From Octopus vulgaris (Eukaryota), in assembly GCA_951406725.2 (NCBI GenBank), contig OX597815.1:149358001-149422000 (forward strand): a stretch of DNA of 64,000 nt. The letters are read 5' to 3'. A program made the translations under genes and the position numbers. This document shows, piece after piece, positions 14,495-26,080 of this stretch (positions are counted from its first letter, which is position 1; each line of letters begins with the position of its first letter). Below the pieces are notes generated by a model. That model did not search any database. It was not told the DNA's origin and was given only the letters and a program-made list of their open reading frames with translations.

Positions 14495-14926
14495 TACAGT
14501 TCTGTATTTAAGAGATGAAGAATTATGTACATTATTTACATTAATTACATTTGAGGGATATCTGTCCTCATCTTGTTTGTTGTTAACACAACGTTTCGGC
14601 TAATATACACTCCAGCCTTCAAAAGTTGCCTTGGGAAAATTTGGAACCTGGGTTCTCATTCATAAGTTATTATTGTTGTTGTTATTACTATTGATGTCAA
14701 TGCCTAGAATCGAACTCGGAATCTTGGGGGTTAGTAGCCCAGCGCTGTGAACCCCTACACCATAATAATAAGAACATCGAAAAATACCTTAGGAATGAGA
14801 AGCCAGATTCGAAATTTCCCCCAAGACACGTGATAAAGGCTGGAGGGTATATCAGCCGAAACGTTGTGTTAAAAACAAAAAGATGAGGACAAATATCCGT
14901 CAAATGTACGTAATGTAAATAATGTA
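14495..14926 (-). mobile_element. Composite tRNA-head + hammerhead-arm element, copy 1, with inverted arms
   Basis: Arms 14495-14668 and 14775-14926 are reverse complements and each carries AGGCTG-loop-(C/T)AGCC-GAAAC-GTT-GTGTT. Between them lies a minus-strand tRNA-like unit (14696-14763: TGGTGTAGGGG...GGGCTACTAACCC...GAGTTCGATTC) and a short (AAT/AAC)n. Confidence 0.85.
14825..14870 (+). ncRNA. Minimal type I hammerhead ribozyme motif (PLE-type), core mutated
   Basis: GACAC-gTGATaA-A-GGCTG-loop-CAGCC-GAAAC-GT-T-GTGTT. Stem I GACAC/GTGTT, stem II GGCTG/CAGCC, palindromic stem III ACGT. Confidence 0.65.
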
Positions 14927-15004
14927 AGTAATAGTATATATTATTAGTGTTTTCGCTCAAAGACGGAGAAAAGTTATGGAGTAAATGCTACATCTTGAAA
15001 GTAA

Positions 15005-15031
15005 TACGTTTTGTACACAGTCCTTCATCAG
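15005..15031 (-). ncRNA. Degenerate hammerhead-like motif
   Basis: Minus strand CTGATGA-A-GGAC-TGT-GTAC-AAAAC-GTA. Stem II and GAAA are mutated and stem I is not evident. Confidence 0.3.
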
Positions 15032-17552
15032 AAACTAGACGAAAGTCCATTGAGAGACAAGAATGATAAGCAGTGTGATAAGAGAGTAGAAAAGAGAGCC
15101 AGGAATAAAACTCGCGTGGGTTAGCCAGAAGTGCTCAATTAACCGGAAGTGTAAGAGGAAATCTTCAGTTCCTTTTGGTATTTCTAAGATCATATCCATG
15201 TGGGAGTAGCGCGTATGCCTGCGGGTATGTATGTATTGTGTATCTGCTTACGTGTATGTGTGTTTGTTTATATTCCCTCATCTATGTGTGTGCAAGGAAA
15301 TAGGGATTTTTCCCGTGCATATAATAGTAGATATGTGTTATTTATGCACGTACAAGAAGAAATATGAAAAGAGAATGAGATGTATATATCCAGCTATGTA
15401 TGTAAACATACAAAACACAGACTGGAGATTCGCCGAAGTAAATATTTAAACCTTAAAATACAAAATGAAATCTCTTCTAAATAAAAATATACAAACAATT
15501 TTCTCTCATTTTTCAGAGAACGTTCTTTGAAAACAGAATAGCACATGGAATAATCTGGATTTAAATAAAGATCGTAAATAGGAAATATTGTCGAGGTTAG
15601 AATGAATAGAAATATTTTTTTACTCGACTACACCTGACATAGAAGTTAACATTAGTCGCAATAACAACCAATGCATTGAAAGTTATCTAACTTAACATGA
15701 GTTTTCCTGATTTAGATTGAACTGAGTCTAGTAAACAAAACCACATTTTGCAGCTCCACAAAATAAATATTTATTGATTTAGAAGTAGATATATATTCTG
15801 AGCTCAAATTTGATTGACGATATAACACCCAACTATGGATTTATCTGAATTTTAGATATTCAGTTACATGTGCGTGTACCTTTGAGATAAGTATAAATAT
15901 TTCTGTAAATCATAAGCAATAATATAATTGTATCAAATGCTTTTAAAAGGCTTCATCTGAATATTATGAACTTATGCCTGATAAAGTTAATGAAATCGAA
16001 CACCAGATGAATTTCTCCATATGTTTACAGTTGTGTAAAGCAATTTGCCCCGAACAATTCAAGACGCAGCAGACATTTTCCCCCTCACTGACAATTACTG
16101 GTTTGCTGATCAGTCATGTTGGTTTCTCCGCTCACACATATTACTGGGATACTCAATGTGTTAACTGTTGTGCTTAATCCTAGATAATGTGTATGCATTA
16201 CTGTCGAGTATTTGCAAAGATTGGTAACGCATACGCCCCGATACCACATTTTTTTCGAATTTTCTTTAAGTAAATATCACAACAAACATATCCTCAGTTA
16301 ACCTAGAATTCAGTTAGTGTAACAGGAACGAGAAGTCTCCTATACTCATGACACATTCAACCTACTAACCCTGGCTTCAATGCAGGGGATATTAACTTAT
16401 TCGATCTCGTGAATGCACTGGCAATGTTTGCCGATGGTTTCCTTGAAATATTTCTCTTAGTATAATTCTATGTATCAATAAAACCCACTGTTTCTTTTAC
16501 TTCACGATAGAACAGAATAAAACCAAGACTTTAATGCGAGCGCAACGAAGAAGTGGATTTTCCAGTGAATCTAAAGGGAATTGAAACTGCCGTAGTATAT
16601 GAGTTTAAAAGTGCACAATTTTCTCACAAACACACGAAATAGTCTCTAAATATTGGCGTGAATGTGTACGTGAAATAGCGATTATGTAAAAGTCTCAATG
16701 ACATTGTTTATATGTCGTTTCTCTTTTTTTTCTTTTTTTTTCTGTTTTTCTCTTTTTCCTCACTATCTCCATCTCTTTAGGTCTGAATCAAAATCTCAAT
16801 CTCTTATTTTTTGTTATCGTATATTTCTCTGAATCGTTTATTTTATTGTACAGTAAATATGCTATTGCGCGTCCTCGTTTTAGCAATTTGCGAAAACATT
16901 CAATAAAATGAATAAGAATAGGAAATGTTTCTGTTAACATAGTGTAACAGAGCTCTTCTTTGTCATAGAACATGATGAATATATATGAACTGTTCAGCAT
17001 GCAATAAAACATAGATCGGTAATTGATGGCTTTCATAAGATTGTAAAGGAATGTATAAAGGGAGTGAGAGAAAGAGGAAGTTAGATGACCTAGCATCATT
17101 AAACAAATGAGCTAATTCTCCATTCGTGTGGCATTACAGTGCTATTAAAAGGAAGCAGAGAGAATTATGGTCGCTTACAATTGTATGACGTTATGTTGCT
17201 ACATTTTCCCTCCTACAAATACATTTTCATTTTACTTCTTACAATTGCTTTATTACACTTCTGAAGCTTAGTTATATGGGCTGTGGCTCCCATAATCGTA
17301 TAATATTCTATTCTATCTACGTAGGAGACCAGGGTTTGTTTGAACTATGCTGATGCTTTTCTCGTTGTAAATCATTTTATTACATTCTCTCTGATATATT
17401 CCGGTTTCAAACAAGACAACATGGCTCAAAACATTTCCCGTTTCGTCACTGATTAAATCGAATCTGAATGAAGGATTCTATAATCCAGTTATAGGAGTAG
17501 CATTTATTTGTGTTACGCTTTCATGTTCATGCACAAATAAACGGATGTGAAA

Positions 17553-17566
17553 CTATATATGTACAT

Positions 17567-17623
<57 letters not shown>

Positions 17624-17685
17624 CGTCTATGTATGTATGTTTCTCTGTGTGTGTGTGCGTAAGTGCATATGACTGTGTGCGTATA

Positions 17686-17733
<48 letters not shown>

Positions 17734-17780
17734 CTCACGTACACATGCATATACAGAGAGAGAAAAAGTGAGAGAGAGAC
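17553..17780. repeat. (CA)n/(TA)n/(TG)n/(GA)n microsatellite block
   Basis: Directly visible. Confidence 0.95.
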
Positions 17781-18396
17781 CTTGTATAGATATGTAGAAA
17801 GCAGCTTACAAATACAAGAATAAATCTGTCATGTCCTTTGTAAACTTTTATATTTTTTGAAATTAAACGATATATTGAAAATTGTAAAAGTATGTTCCAA
17901 TAAACTCTTTCCTACAGACAACTTAATGAATAAAATGTTGAGCACATTAGCTGTTCTGATGGAATGATCCGGTCCAGTATTTCATTCAAATTATTCTATG
18001 TAATTCTCGACTCATCGATTGTCTTTTCTCTAACTATTCTATATGCGTTGCCTTTTAAATGTACAGCCATAGAAGCATTGTATATAATAAAATGGAACTA
18101 TACTACAACTAGTTGCATTAACTTGATTTATAATGTAAGACGGATATCCTAATATGGCCAGCAGGATGCTAAAACTGAAATACCAGTATTGTTAGGAATC
18201 ATACAATAATTCGTTCCTAGAACTGTACAAAGGAATATAAAATGGAAGTTTGTCGCCCTGCAAAGCGTGGCTCTGTTGTGGGAAGTATGAATGAAATGGG
18301 CTAATTTTGTATTTAACAGGACATGTTTAGAAAAACTCAGTGTTGCCACTAATTACAGTATTACTGCCAAGACCGATATAGCAAGCGTGTTGTAGA

Positions 18397-18660
18397 ACAT
18401 GCCTGGCCAAGGAAGCTTCGGCAAGCATCGTCTACTATAACCGAAGGCCAACCAAACTTGTATGAGTGAACCGGGTGGAAACAAAAGAAAAAAGTAGGTG
18501 TGTGTCTGTGCATGTGTGTGAATACACACACACATGTACACACACATACATGCACATATATAAGGGATGCGTGTGTGTTAATGTATATAAATGGGGGAGC
18601 ATGTGTATATATATGTGCGTGTCTTCGTGTTTGTGTCTATTCCCTACCTGTGATCTGGCA
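18397..18660 (+). mobile_element. Decayed SINE family B fragment
   Basis: GCTTCGGCAAGCATCGTCTACTATAACCGAAGGCCAACC resembles family B CTTGGGCAAGTGTCTTCTACTATAGCC, followed by a TG-rich linker. Confidence 0.55.
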
Positions 18661-18673
18661 GAATCATTACCAC

Positions 18674-19002
18674 TGCGAGCTGGCAGAATCCTTAGCACGT
18701 CAGGCGAAATGCTTAGCGGTATTTCGTCTGCCGTTACGTCGACTTTGGCTTTCATCATTTCGAGGTCGATGAATTAAGTACCAGTTATGCACTGGGGTAG
18801 ATGTAATCGACTTAATCCCTTTGTCTGACCTTCTTTGTCCCCTCTATGTTTAGCGCCTTGTGGGCAATAAAAAAAATCATTAGCGGCATTTCGTCCGTCT
18901 TTACGTTCTGAGTTCAAGTTCCGCCGAGGTCGACTTTGCCTTTCATTCTTTCGGGATAATTAAAATAAAAACTATTCGAGCACTGGGATCGATGCAATCG
19001 AC
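18674..19002 (+). mobile_element. SINE family A dimer
   Basis: GCGAGCTGGCAGAATC head, core and tail A, joined to a second copy starting TTAGCGGCATTTCGTCC. Confidence 0.9.
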
Positions 19003-19539
19003 ATACGACACTCATACAATGGGAAAATTTTACACCATAACGTTGACCTAAATTCAATCTCATATGCACAAAATTATTCATAATATGCAGGCACCAAATG
19101 TTTGTTACGTTAAAATAGATATTTTCTCTTTTGTTTGCAGTAAACAGTATTTATATTGTAGTTTTTTGAGGGAAATGTATTGCAGGCATTATCCACAAAG
19201 AAATTTATCCTTCGCACTTTCAGCTACACGATATCATGTATAACACTGTGAATAGTGATGCAATATTGATTAACAATAATCCACGGAAATAATTAAAATA
19301 ATGTGTATTTGCAGATTCTTTAATTGAAAGAAAAAATTTTTTTATGAAATTAATCTCTGTTATATCTTAAATCATAATTAAAATAAATAACAAACGAGTG
19401 TTTATATTACTCTATTATGTATTTGCTCAATCACAAAATTAGATATTTTTTGTGATTCGAATATACGTAATTGTTTAATTATAAACAGACGGGTATTTAC
19501 TGTAACAATGAAACTAGATGAAGATATTCTGTATATGAG

Positions 19540-20790
19540 GATGTAATGTTCATGGAGTATCTTCCAACTTTAGGACATGTAGACAATATCTCGTTTTACT
19601 AGCTTCCACATTTCTTACTTTCCCATTAATCCCAACCCGGAGCACTCTGCAACAATGTATGCATTGTTTAATCCCAAATTCTACATATTGACATATTATC
19701 CCCACGCTCATATTTCTCAAGTTGTTCGCTTGCAACACTTGATCTTGAGCTGCTATAAAAAAGTTCTTTCCTTTTTCAATTGTCCTTTTTCAATCAAGCC
19801 CCTGATATTGTTCCTCATTTCCAAAACTAACTATGCAAATTCTCTCACCAATCGGTTTAACATGTTCTCTAAGAGTTTCATTCTTGTCCTTTTCTATTCC
19901 ACACTTCACTACCTGTTTTTTATTGACTACCTTTAGTGATATCTCTGAGCAGTGCTGCCAAACCCTCGTAAACCGCCACGAAATTTAAGCCTCTTCCACT
20001 CAGATATCTGTTCAAGTACAACCAGTTAATATAGGCTTTTGGATGGTGGGCTCCATGCATAGTCAGCTTTCCAAGTTCCTAGTTCAAGTTTTCCTTTCAG
20101 CAAGTAATTGCTTCAATAACATTTTTAACACTCAATCTTGACTATATTTTTCGTACTCTCCTTTTATATTCCCTAATTGTAATTTGTTTCCTCTGTTCCT
20201 GTTTTATTTCATCTGGCCTCATTATTCCAAAAATACTTATAGCACTGTTCTTTCTCAACTGCTTTCATTGTTTGTCCATTTGGCATTTCAATTCCTGGTT
20301 TCTTTCAAATATTCCTTGTATCAATATCAACACAGCACACTTTTCAGTCCCGAATTCCATACTTAAACTATATGCGAAAATGAAACAGTATATACAAGAT
20401 TTACTAGCTGCTTCTCATTTTACGCATAAAGCGTTATATCACCCATATAAAAGACATGATGTAGCTGACAATAAGATTTTCCCAAATAATAAGCTCTTTT
20501 GACCCGTAATATCAATCTGAGCAGTATCATGATCAATACCAATAATAATGGAAATAAGTTATCACCTTGTCCAATGTATACATCCCATCTCTGATGTATA
20601 CATTCCCAAACATTTGTTTTATTCCAATCAATTCAGTATTTCTGTTTCATACTTTCATTAACCGTTTTCATTATATTTTCTGTTATTCCAAGCGCACTCA
20701 TTATGTTACATATTTAACTGTACGATACAATGTTACATTTTTTTTTGTAATCCAACCATGTTACATACAATCGTGTGAATCTGCTTGGAT
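19540..20790 (-). mobile_element. Decayed R4/Dong-type (restriction-like endonuclease clade) non-LTR retrotransposon
   Basis: Ordered minus-strand motifs: VTWLDYKK (RT3), GQGDNLFPLLLVLIMI (RT4), MEFGTEKCAVL, YKYFGI, KNVIEAI, LTMHGAHHPKAYINWLYLNRYLSGRGL, IAAQDQVL, ICRI...HIVAECSGL (CCHC knuckle). Frameshifts and deletions throughout. Confidence 0.88.
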
Positions 20791-20974
20791 AGAGTTGTTG
20801 TTGTTGTTGTTGTCGTTTAGTGAGAGAGCAAAGCATATCATTAATTTGAAATTGGTGTACCCGAAGCCCAATATACCAACCATGACTGCCTTTCTGATAA
20901 GGGTACACCAGGCACATGCATCACAACCATACATGCAGGACATTGTGACTTTACATCAAGATAACAGCACATGA

Positions 20975-21282
20975 CCCTGCAGGTGGTGTCCAATTAGAAT
21001 TTTCTTCCGGTCGAGTATCCCTAAATAAGTGTTGTTTAATAAGCGAAACACCCATGTTTCCAGAGGGGAATTATTCAAACCTCCATAAAATCCTCTCGAC
21101 ACAGGGCTATGATGCTTCCACACTACTCCTGCTCGGGATCAGAGACGTACATATCCTCACTCACTAAGCGACTTGCTCAGCGTGTAAAAGCCCATATTCT
21201 ATACCAAGCAAAAGATGTACATATTATCGCTCCCTATCAGCTAAGATCAGAAGCCAAGAGAGCCACTGCCTGGTACTGCATC
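20975..21282 (-). mobile_element. GC-richer interspersed repeat, probably a LINE/SINE 5' region
   Basis: Composition differs from the flanks; minus strand begins GATGCAGTACCAGGCAGTGGCTCTC. Family assignment is inference only. Confidence 0.4.
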
Positions 21283-21921
21283 TATCATGTTTAATATTGT
21301 TTTACATTTGAGCAATTAACATTTTGGAGATATAAACTATATTTATGTATTTATCTTGTATAAAAGCAGACAGATTTTTTTTGAAACCTCAACAAATATA
21401 ACAAATATGCATACATACATCCATACACACATACATACATGGTGTATATGTCTGCTTTCCTGTGTATATTTATACAGGAAAATTTATAGGAAGCGAAACT
21501 TTCAACGTCTTCCCGTCAATAATCATCGACGTCTAGGTGACGTATAGAAAAGTTATAAATACGTATATATATGTGTGCATGTGGGTGTGTGGGTGCGCGC
21601 GCGCCGCGTGTGTTTGTGTGTGTGTGTCTGGTAATGATTATATATTCGGATAGACAGCTTGTAGTATGTTGTTTAAAGCCCGTCCACATTATTCATCTAC
21701 CTGATGCCACTTGCCACTTGAATTTCTTCAGGAATTATTTTGCATCCGTAGAGTTTATATAAAATCCATTTAGTTGGGCATGTATACTATCTGTCTCCAT
21801 ACTGAATTAAAATTCTATCGCAACTCTTTAAGATTCTCTCTCTGTTCTTATAGCCAAAATGTATTGTAATAAAAATGCGAGAAATGGCAAGTGAAAAACG
21901 AAGTATTTTTTTTCAAAAAGT

Positions 21922-22022
21922 CGCCTGACGAGGTGCAGAGGGACTTATAATGCATATCAATGGATTGTACAGCATCTCACTAGTGAGGTACGGGTGCATA
22001 ATGCGTCGAAACATTTGTAGCG
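21922..22022 (+). ncRNA. Type I hammerhead ribozyme motif with intact core and long stem II insertion
   Basis: CGC-CTGACGA-GGTGCA...TGCGTC-GAAAC-ATTT-GT-A-GCG. Stem I CGC/GCG, 6-bp stem II (two G-U), stem III AC/GT, GUA cleavage triplet, internal hairpin CTCAC-TA-GTGAG. Confidence 0.65.
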
Positions 22023-22440
22023 TTTCTGAATAAGGAATCTAGTTAATTCTATGTTCCGTCTCTCTTCTTTATATACATGTATGTGCGCAGGCACGGACGT
22101 GTGTTACATACTTTCCCTAAGCTTTTCCTTATGTGTTGCCCTACCATATTTAATATATCGGTTTTTGCGAAATAATTTCATGTAGGTGAAAATTTGCAAA
22201 AAAACATTTATTTTTCTTTTTAGCATCAGGAATTATTTCGTTTTCTCGTTTTACATATATACAGCAAACCATGTTCTTTCACTTTGCACTTCATCCTGTA
22301 GTTAGTTAACAAAATATATTTCATGCTAGTGTCATTGTGTGTAAATATAGTTGTGATATTCTTTTGCTGATATAAGTAGTAGATCATTTTCCAGAGAGAG
22401 AGATTCGAATCGGAAGTACTAGAGTTAAAACTACTATTAG

Positions 22441-22751
22441 GTGGAGCAAAATTGGCCCAGTAGTTAGGGCAGCGGACTCGCGGTCGGAGGATCGCGGTTT
22501 CGATTCCCATACCTGGCGTTGTGCGTGTTTATTGAGCGAAAACACGGAAAAGCTCCATGAGTCTCCGGTAGGGGGAGGTGGCGACGCCTTTGTACTCTTT
22601 CACCACAACTTTCTCTCACTCTTTCTTCCTGTTTCTTGAGTAACGCTGCGATGGACAGGCCTCCCGTCAAGCTGGGGGTGGGGGGAACACATACGCCATA
22701 GAAACCGGAGAAACCGGGCCCATAAGCCTGGCGAGGCTTGAAAAGGGTGCA

Positions 22752-22779
<28 letters not shown>
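22441..22779 (+). mobile_element. tRNA-derived SINE family C, tail type 1, with (TAAA)n tail and TSD
   Basis: Box A TGGCCCAGTAGTTAG, box B GGTTTCGATTCC, V-domain-like CTGCGATGGACAGGCCTCCCGTC, (TAAA)n. TSD TAAAACTACT(A/G)TTAG at 22426-22440 and 22780-22794. Confidence 0.93.
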
Positions 22780-22782
<3 letters not shown>

Positions 22783-22819
22783 AACTACTGTTAGAGTCGA
22801 TAATAATATATTTAACGAT

Positions 22820-23937
22820 AATAATCCTTTCAACTACAAGCACATGGCTTAAAATTGTGGGGAAGGGTATAGTCGATAACATCGACCACATTGTTTTCCT
22901 GGTACTTAATTTCTTGACCGCGAAAGGATAAAAGACAAAGTCAACCTCGGCAGAATTTGAACTCAGAACCTGCAGACAGACGAAATGCCGCTAAGCATTT
23001 TGCCGGGCGTGTTGACGATTCTGTTAGCTCACCAACTTATACTTGATTATAATAATGATAATCTTTTCTACAAAAGGCACAAAGCCGGAAATTTTGGGGA
23101 AGGGGACTAGTCGATTATATCCAACCCAGTATTTTATTGGTAACTGATTCATTGACCACGGCAAAGTGGACCTCGGCGGAATTTGAACTCAAAACATAAT
23201 GATGGCCGAAATACCGCTAAGCATTTCGTCGAGCGCGCTAATGATTCTGCTTGCTCGCCGTCATGATAATAATAATTTACATTATTTCTACTCGAGGCTA
23301 AAGGCCTTGAAAATTTCGAGGGGGAAGAGGTTAGTCGATTATACCGCCCCCAGTGCGTAACTGGTATTTATTTCATCGACCTCGAAAGGACGAATGGTGA
23401 AGTCGACCTCGGCGGAATTTGAACTCAGAAGGTAACGCAAACGAAATACATATTTCTTTACTACTCACAAGAGGCTAAACACAGAGAGGACAAACAAGGA
23501 CAGACAAACTGATTAAGTCGATTATATCGACCCCAGTGCGTAACTGGTACTTATATAATCGACCCCGAAAGGATGAAAGGCAAAGTCGACCTGGGCGGAA
23601 TTTGAACTCAGAACGTAGCGGCAGACGAAATACTGCTAAGCATTTCGCCCGACGTGCTAACGTTTCTACCAGCTCGCCGCCTTATACTTAGTGATAATAA
23701 TGATTTCAAATTTTTGCCACATGGGATGCTTGCGGGAGGGGGATTAAATCGATTACATTGACCCCAGTGTTTCACTGGTATTTAATTTATTGACCCCAGT
23801 GTTTCACTGGTATTTAATTTATCGACCCCGAAAGGATGAAAAGCAAAGTCGATCACGGATGGGATAAGAATTCTAAACGTAGTTACGGGCGAAATACCAA
23901 TAAGCGTTGCTAACGATTCTGCCAGCTCACCGCCTTA
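22820..23937 (-). mobile_element. Head-to-tail array of about 5 SINE family A copies
   Basis: Repeated AAAGTCGACCTCGGCGGAATTTGAACTCAGAAC units on the same strand with alternating tails. Confidence 0.93.
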
Positions 23938-24066
23938 TACTTAATGATAACGATTTTATACTGAATGTGGTAATTTCAAATTGGTGCAGAGCAATACACT
24001 ATAATTTATCAATTCTATATTTTTGCACATGTATTTAAAATAACAATCGTCAGGTTGATTAATAAG

Positions 24067-24298
24067 AAGGCGAGCGGGCAGAAATGTTAGTACGCCGGGT
24101 GAAATGCTTAGCATTATTTCGTCTCCTGTTACGTTCTGAGTTCAAATTCCGCCGAGGTCGACGTTGCCTGTCATCCTTTCGGGGTCGATTAAATAAGTAT
24201 CAGTTACGCACTGGGGTCGATATAATTGACTTAATCCGTTTGTCTGTCCTTGTTTGTCCCCTCTGTGTTTAGCCCCTTGTGGATAGTAAAGAAATAAG
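24067..24298 (+). mobile_element. SINE family A (tail A), full length
   Basis: Head, GAGTTCAAATTCC box B, core, tail GTTTAGCCCCTTGTGGATAGTAAAGAAATAAG. Confidence 0.93.
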
Positions 24299-25312
24299 AT
24301 ATGTAAATAATTGTCATTTTCCTTATTACGATACATTTGTATCACCTGAATCTAAATGTGAGCAGGTAAATTCGTTTGGTAATTAACTTCAACCGTTAAT
24401 CGATATGTTTCTCTATGGAACACAAACAAATTATATATATTCGGCTTAATACATTTTTAAAAACATCTTTGTCGTATATTCTAAACAATTAATCAAATTT
24501 GTAGATCGTATCTTTAAAGCATTTAAATCCACACTCATTTTTGGTTGTTAGCTTACCGACTACAGTATTATGCAATATTTTTATTTCACCGTACGTAATC
24601 TAAGAATAGATGAAATTTAGAAAGCTTATTTCTAAAGTTAATATTAGTTCCTATTCGAAAACAACAATTTGATTTAGTCAGACAGTGTCTACATAAATTT
24701 AGTCTGTATTCGAACGAGCCGAACGTAATCTTATAAACAAATTGTCGCAGATATTTAATTATTCATTGTTTATAGGAAATATATCATATCAGAGATTATT
24801 TTAGTAGTTGTCAGACGTATGTCTCTGTTCTCTGTAATATCTACAGAAATTATTAAACTATTCAGTATTGATTCTAAAACTGCTTCATGGATATATTATT
24901 TTTAAATTTTAAACTTAATGTATATATGATGATGATGATAATGATGTCAGTCCATGTAAAATAATTATTAATACAACGTATTGTATTAGCATATACGCAC
25001 ATATATATATGTATATATACGTGTGCATCAAGGTATGTACACACCACTCTCTCTCTCTCACACACTCTCTCTCTCTCACACACTCTCTCTCTCTCACACA
25101 CTCTCTCTCTCTCACACACTCTCTCTCACTCCCTGTCTCTATTTGTATATATATAGGGGGTGTGTATGTCTGGATATATGTATGTATGTATTATAGAAAT
25201 ACACACATTCATATTTATATATAGTAAGAAAAGTTGAGTTGTAATACAAGAAAAATATACATACAATAAAAGAAAGAAAATAGAGTTTACATAGTTTCAA
25301 TATCTTTTAAAT

Positions 25313-25550
25313 CAGTGCTTCCCAAAGAGGGCGGTAATGCCCCCACCCCACCCCCAGGTAGGGCCGGGCAAAGTTCCACGGCGGCGTTGAGGAAAAGTGG
25401 GTCCATTACGTTAAAGTTTATTTGTGAAATACAGTTGCTTAGAATTTGCTTCAGAAAAAGATCTATGTTTGTGATGGTTAGCTGGGGTGGGCCCCTAAGT
25501 ATGCGGGCTGGGTGGCAGTGGGGCGGCAGCCAAAAGTTTGGAAACCACTG
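25313..25550. mobile_element. Non-autonomous hAT (Charlie-like) MITE
   Basis: TIRs CAGTGCTTCCCAAA / TTTGGAAACCACTG with a perfect 8-bp TSD TTTTAAAT (25305-25312 and 25551-25558). Confidence 0.93.
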
Positions 25551-25594
25551 TTTTAAATAAAAGATCATTGTATATATAAATATATGTATGTATG

Positions 25595-25650
<56 letters not shown>

Positions 25651-25712
25651 TATACGAGTGAGTGGACAAACGCAAAAAGGGCACTTAACCAAGTTAACGG
25701 GAGTTACATGAA

Positions 25713-25918
25713 TGGAGCAAAGCAGTTTGATTCAAATTCGTTGGTACTAACTGTTACCAATATACCCAAATCAAACTATAACGCCGCGTGACCATTCTCA
25801 AGCAATCGCAGCCCAGTTTACGGTTATAAAACCCGTTTCTATCATTCAAATTCAAAATGGCTGATGGCTAGCATCACGCTTGAAACTCAACGAATTTGAA
25901 TCAAACTCTTTTGATCCA
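25713..25918. mobile_element. Small inverted-repeat element (MITE-like) between microsatellites
   Basis: 31-bp imperfect IR (25713-25743 / 25888-25918) containing the perfect GTTTGATTCAAATTCGTTG. Related sequence at about 47077-47165. Confidence 0.65.
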
Positions 25919-25932
25919 CATACATATATATA

Positions 25933-26002
25933 TGTGTGTTTGTGTGTGTGTGTATCTATATATTTATCTATCTATCTTTCTATCTATCTATCTATCTATC
26001 TC

Positions 26003-26062
<60 letters not shown>

Positions 26063-26080
26063 CCTATCTATCTATCTATA
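25933..26080. repeat. (TG)n(TATC)n microsatellite
   Basis: Directly visible. Confidence 0.97.

Noticed and set aside
14696-14763. tRNA-like sequences here and at 33413, 22441, 60934 and other SINE heads as tRNA genes
   Set aside because: They have box A/B but no proper acceptor stem, and are fused to repeat bodies, so they are SINE heads.
15974-16177. 67-aa ORF and TTTACAG acceptor as an exon
   Set aside because: No recognisable homology or convincing donor site.
22820-23937. Regularly recurring 30-bp motif (also 51200-52388) as a CRISPR-like array
   Set aside because: The intervening sequences are homologous SINE parts rather than unique spacers; eukaryotic context and no cas genes.
25315-25560. 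GC-rich 81-aa ORF
   Set aside because: Lies almost wholly within the hAT MITE.
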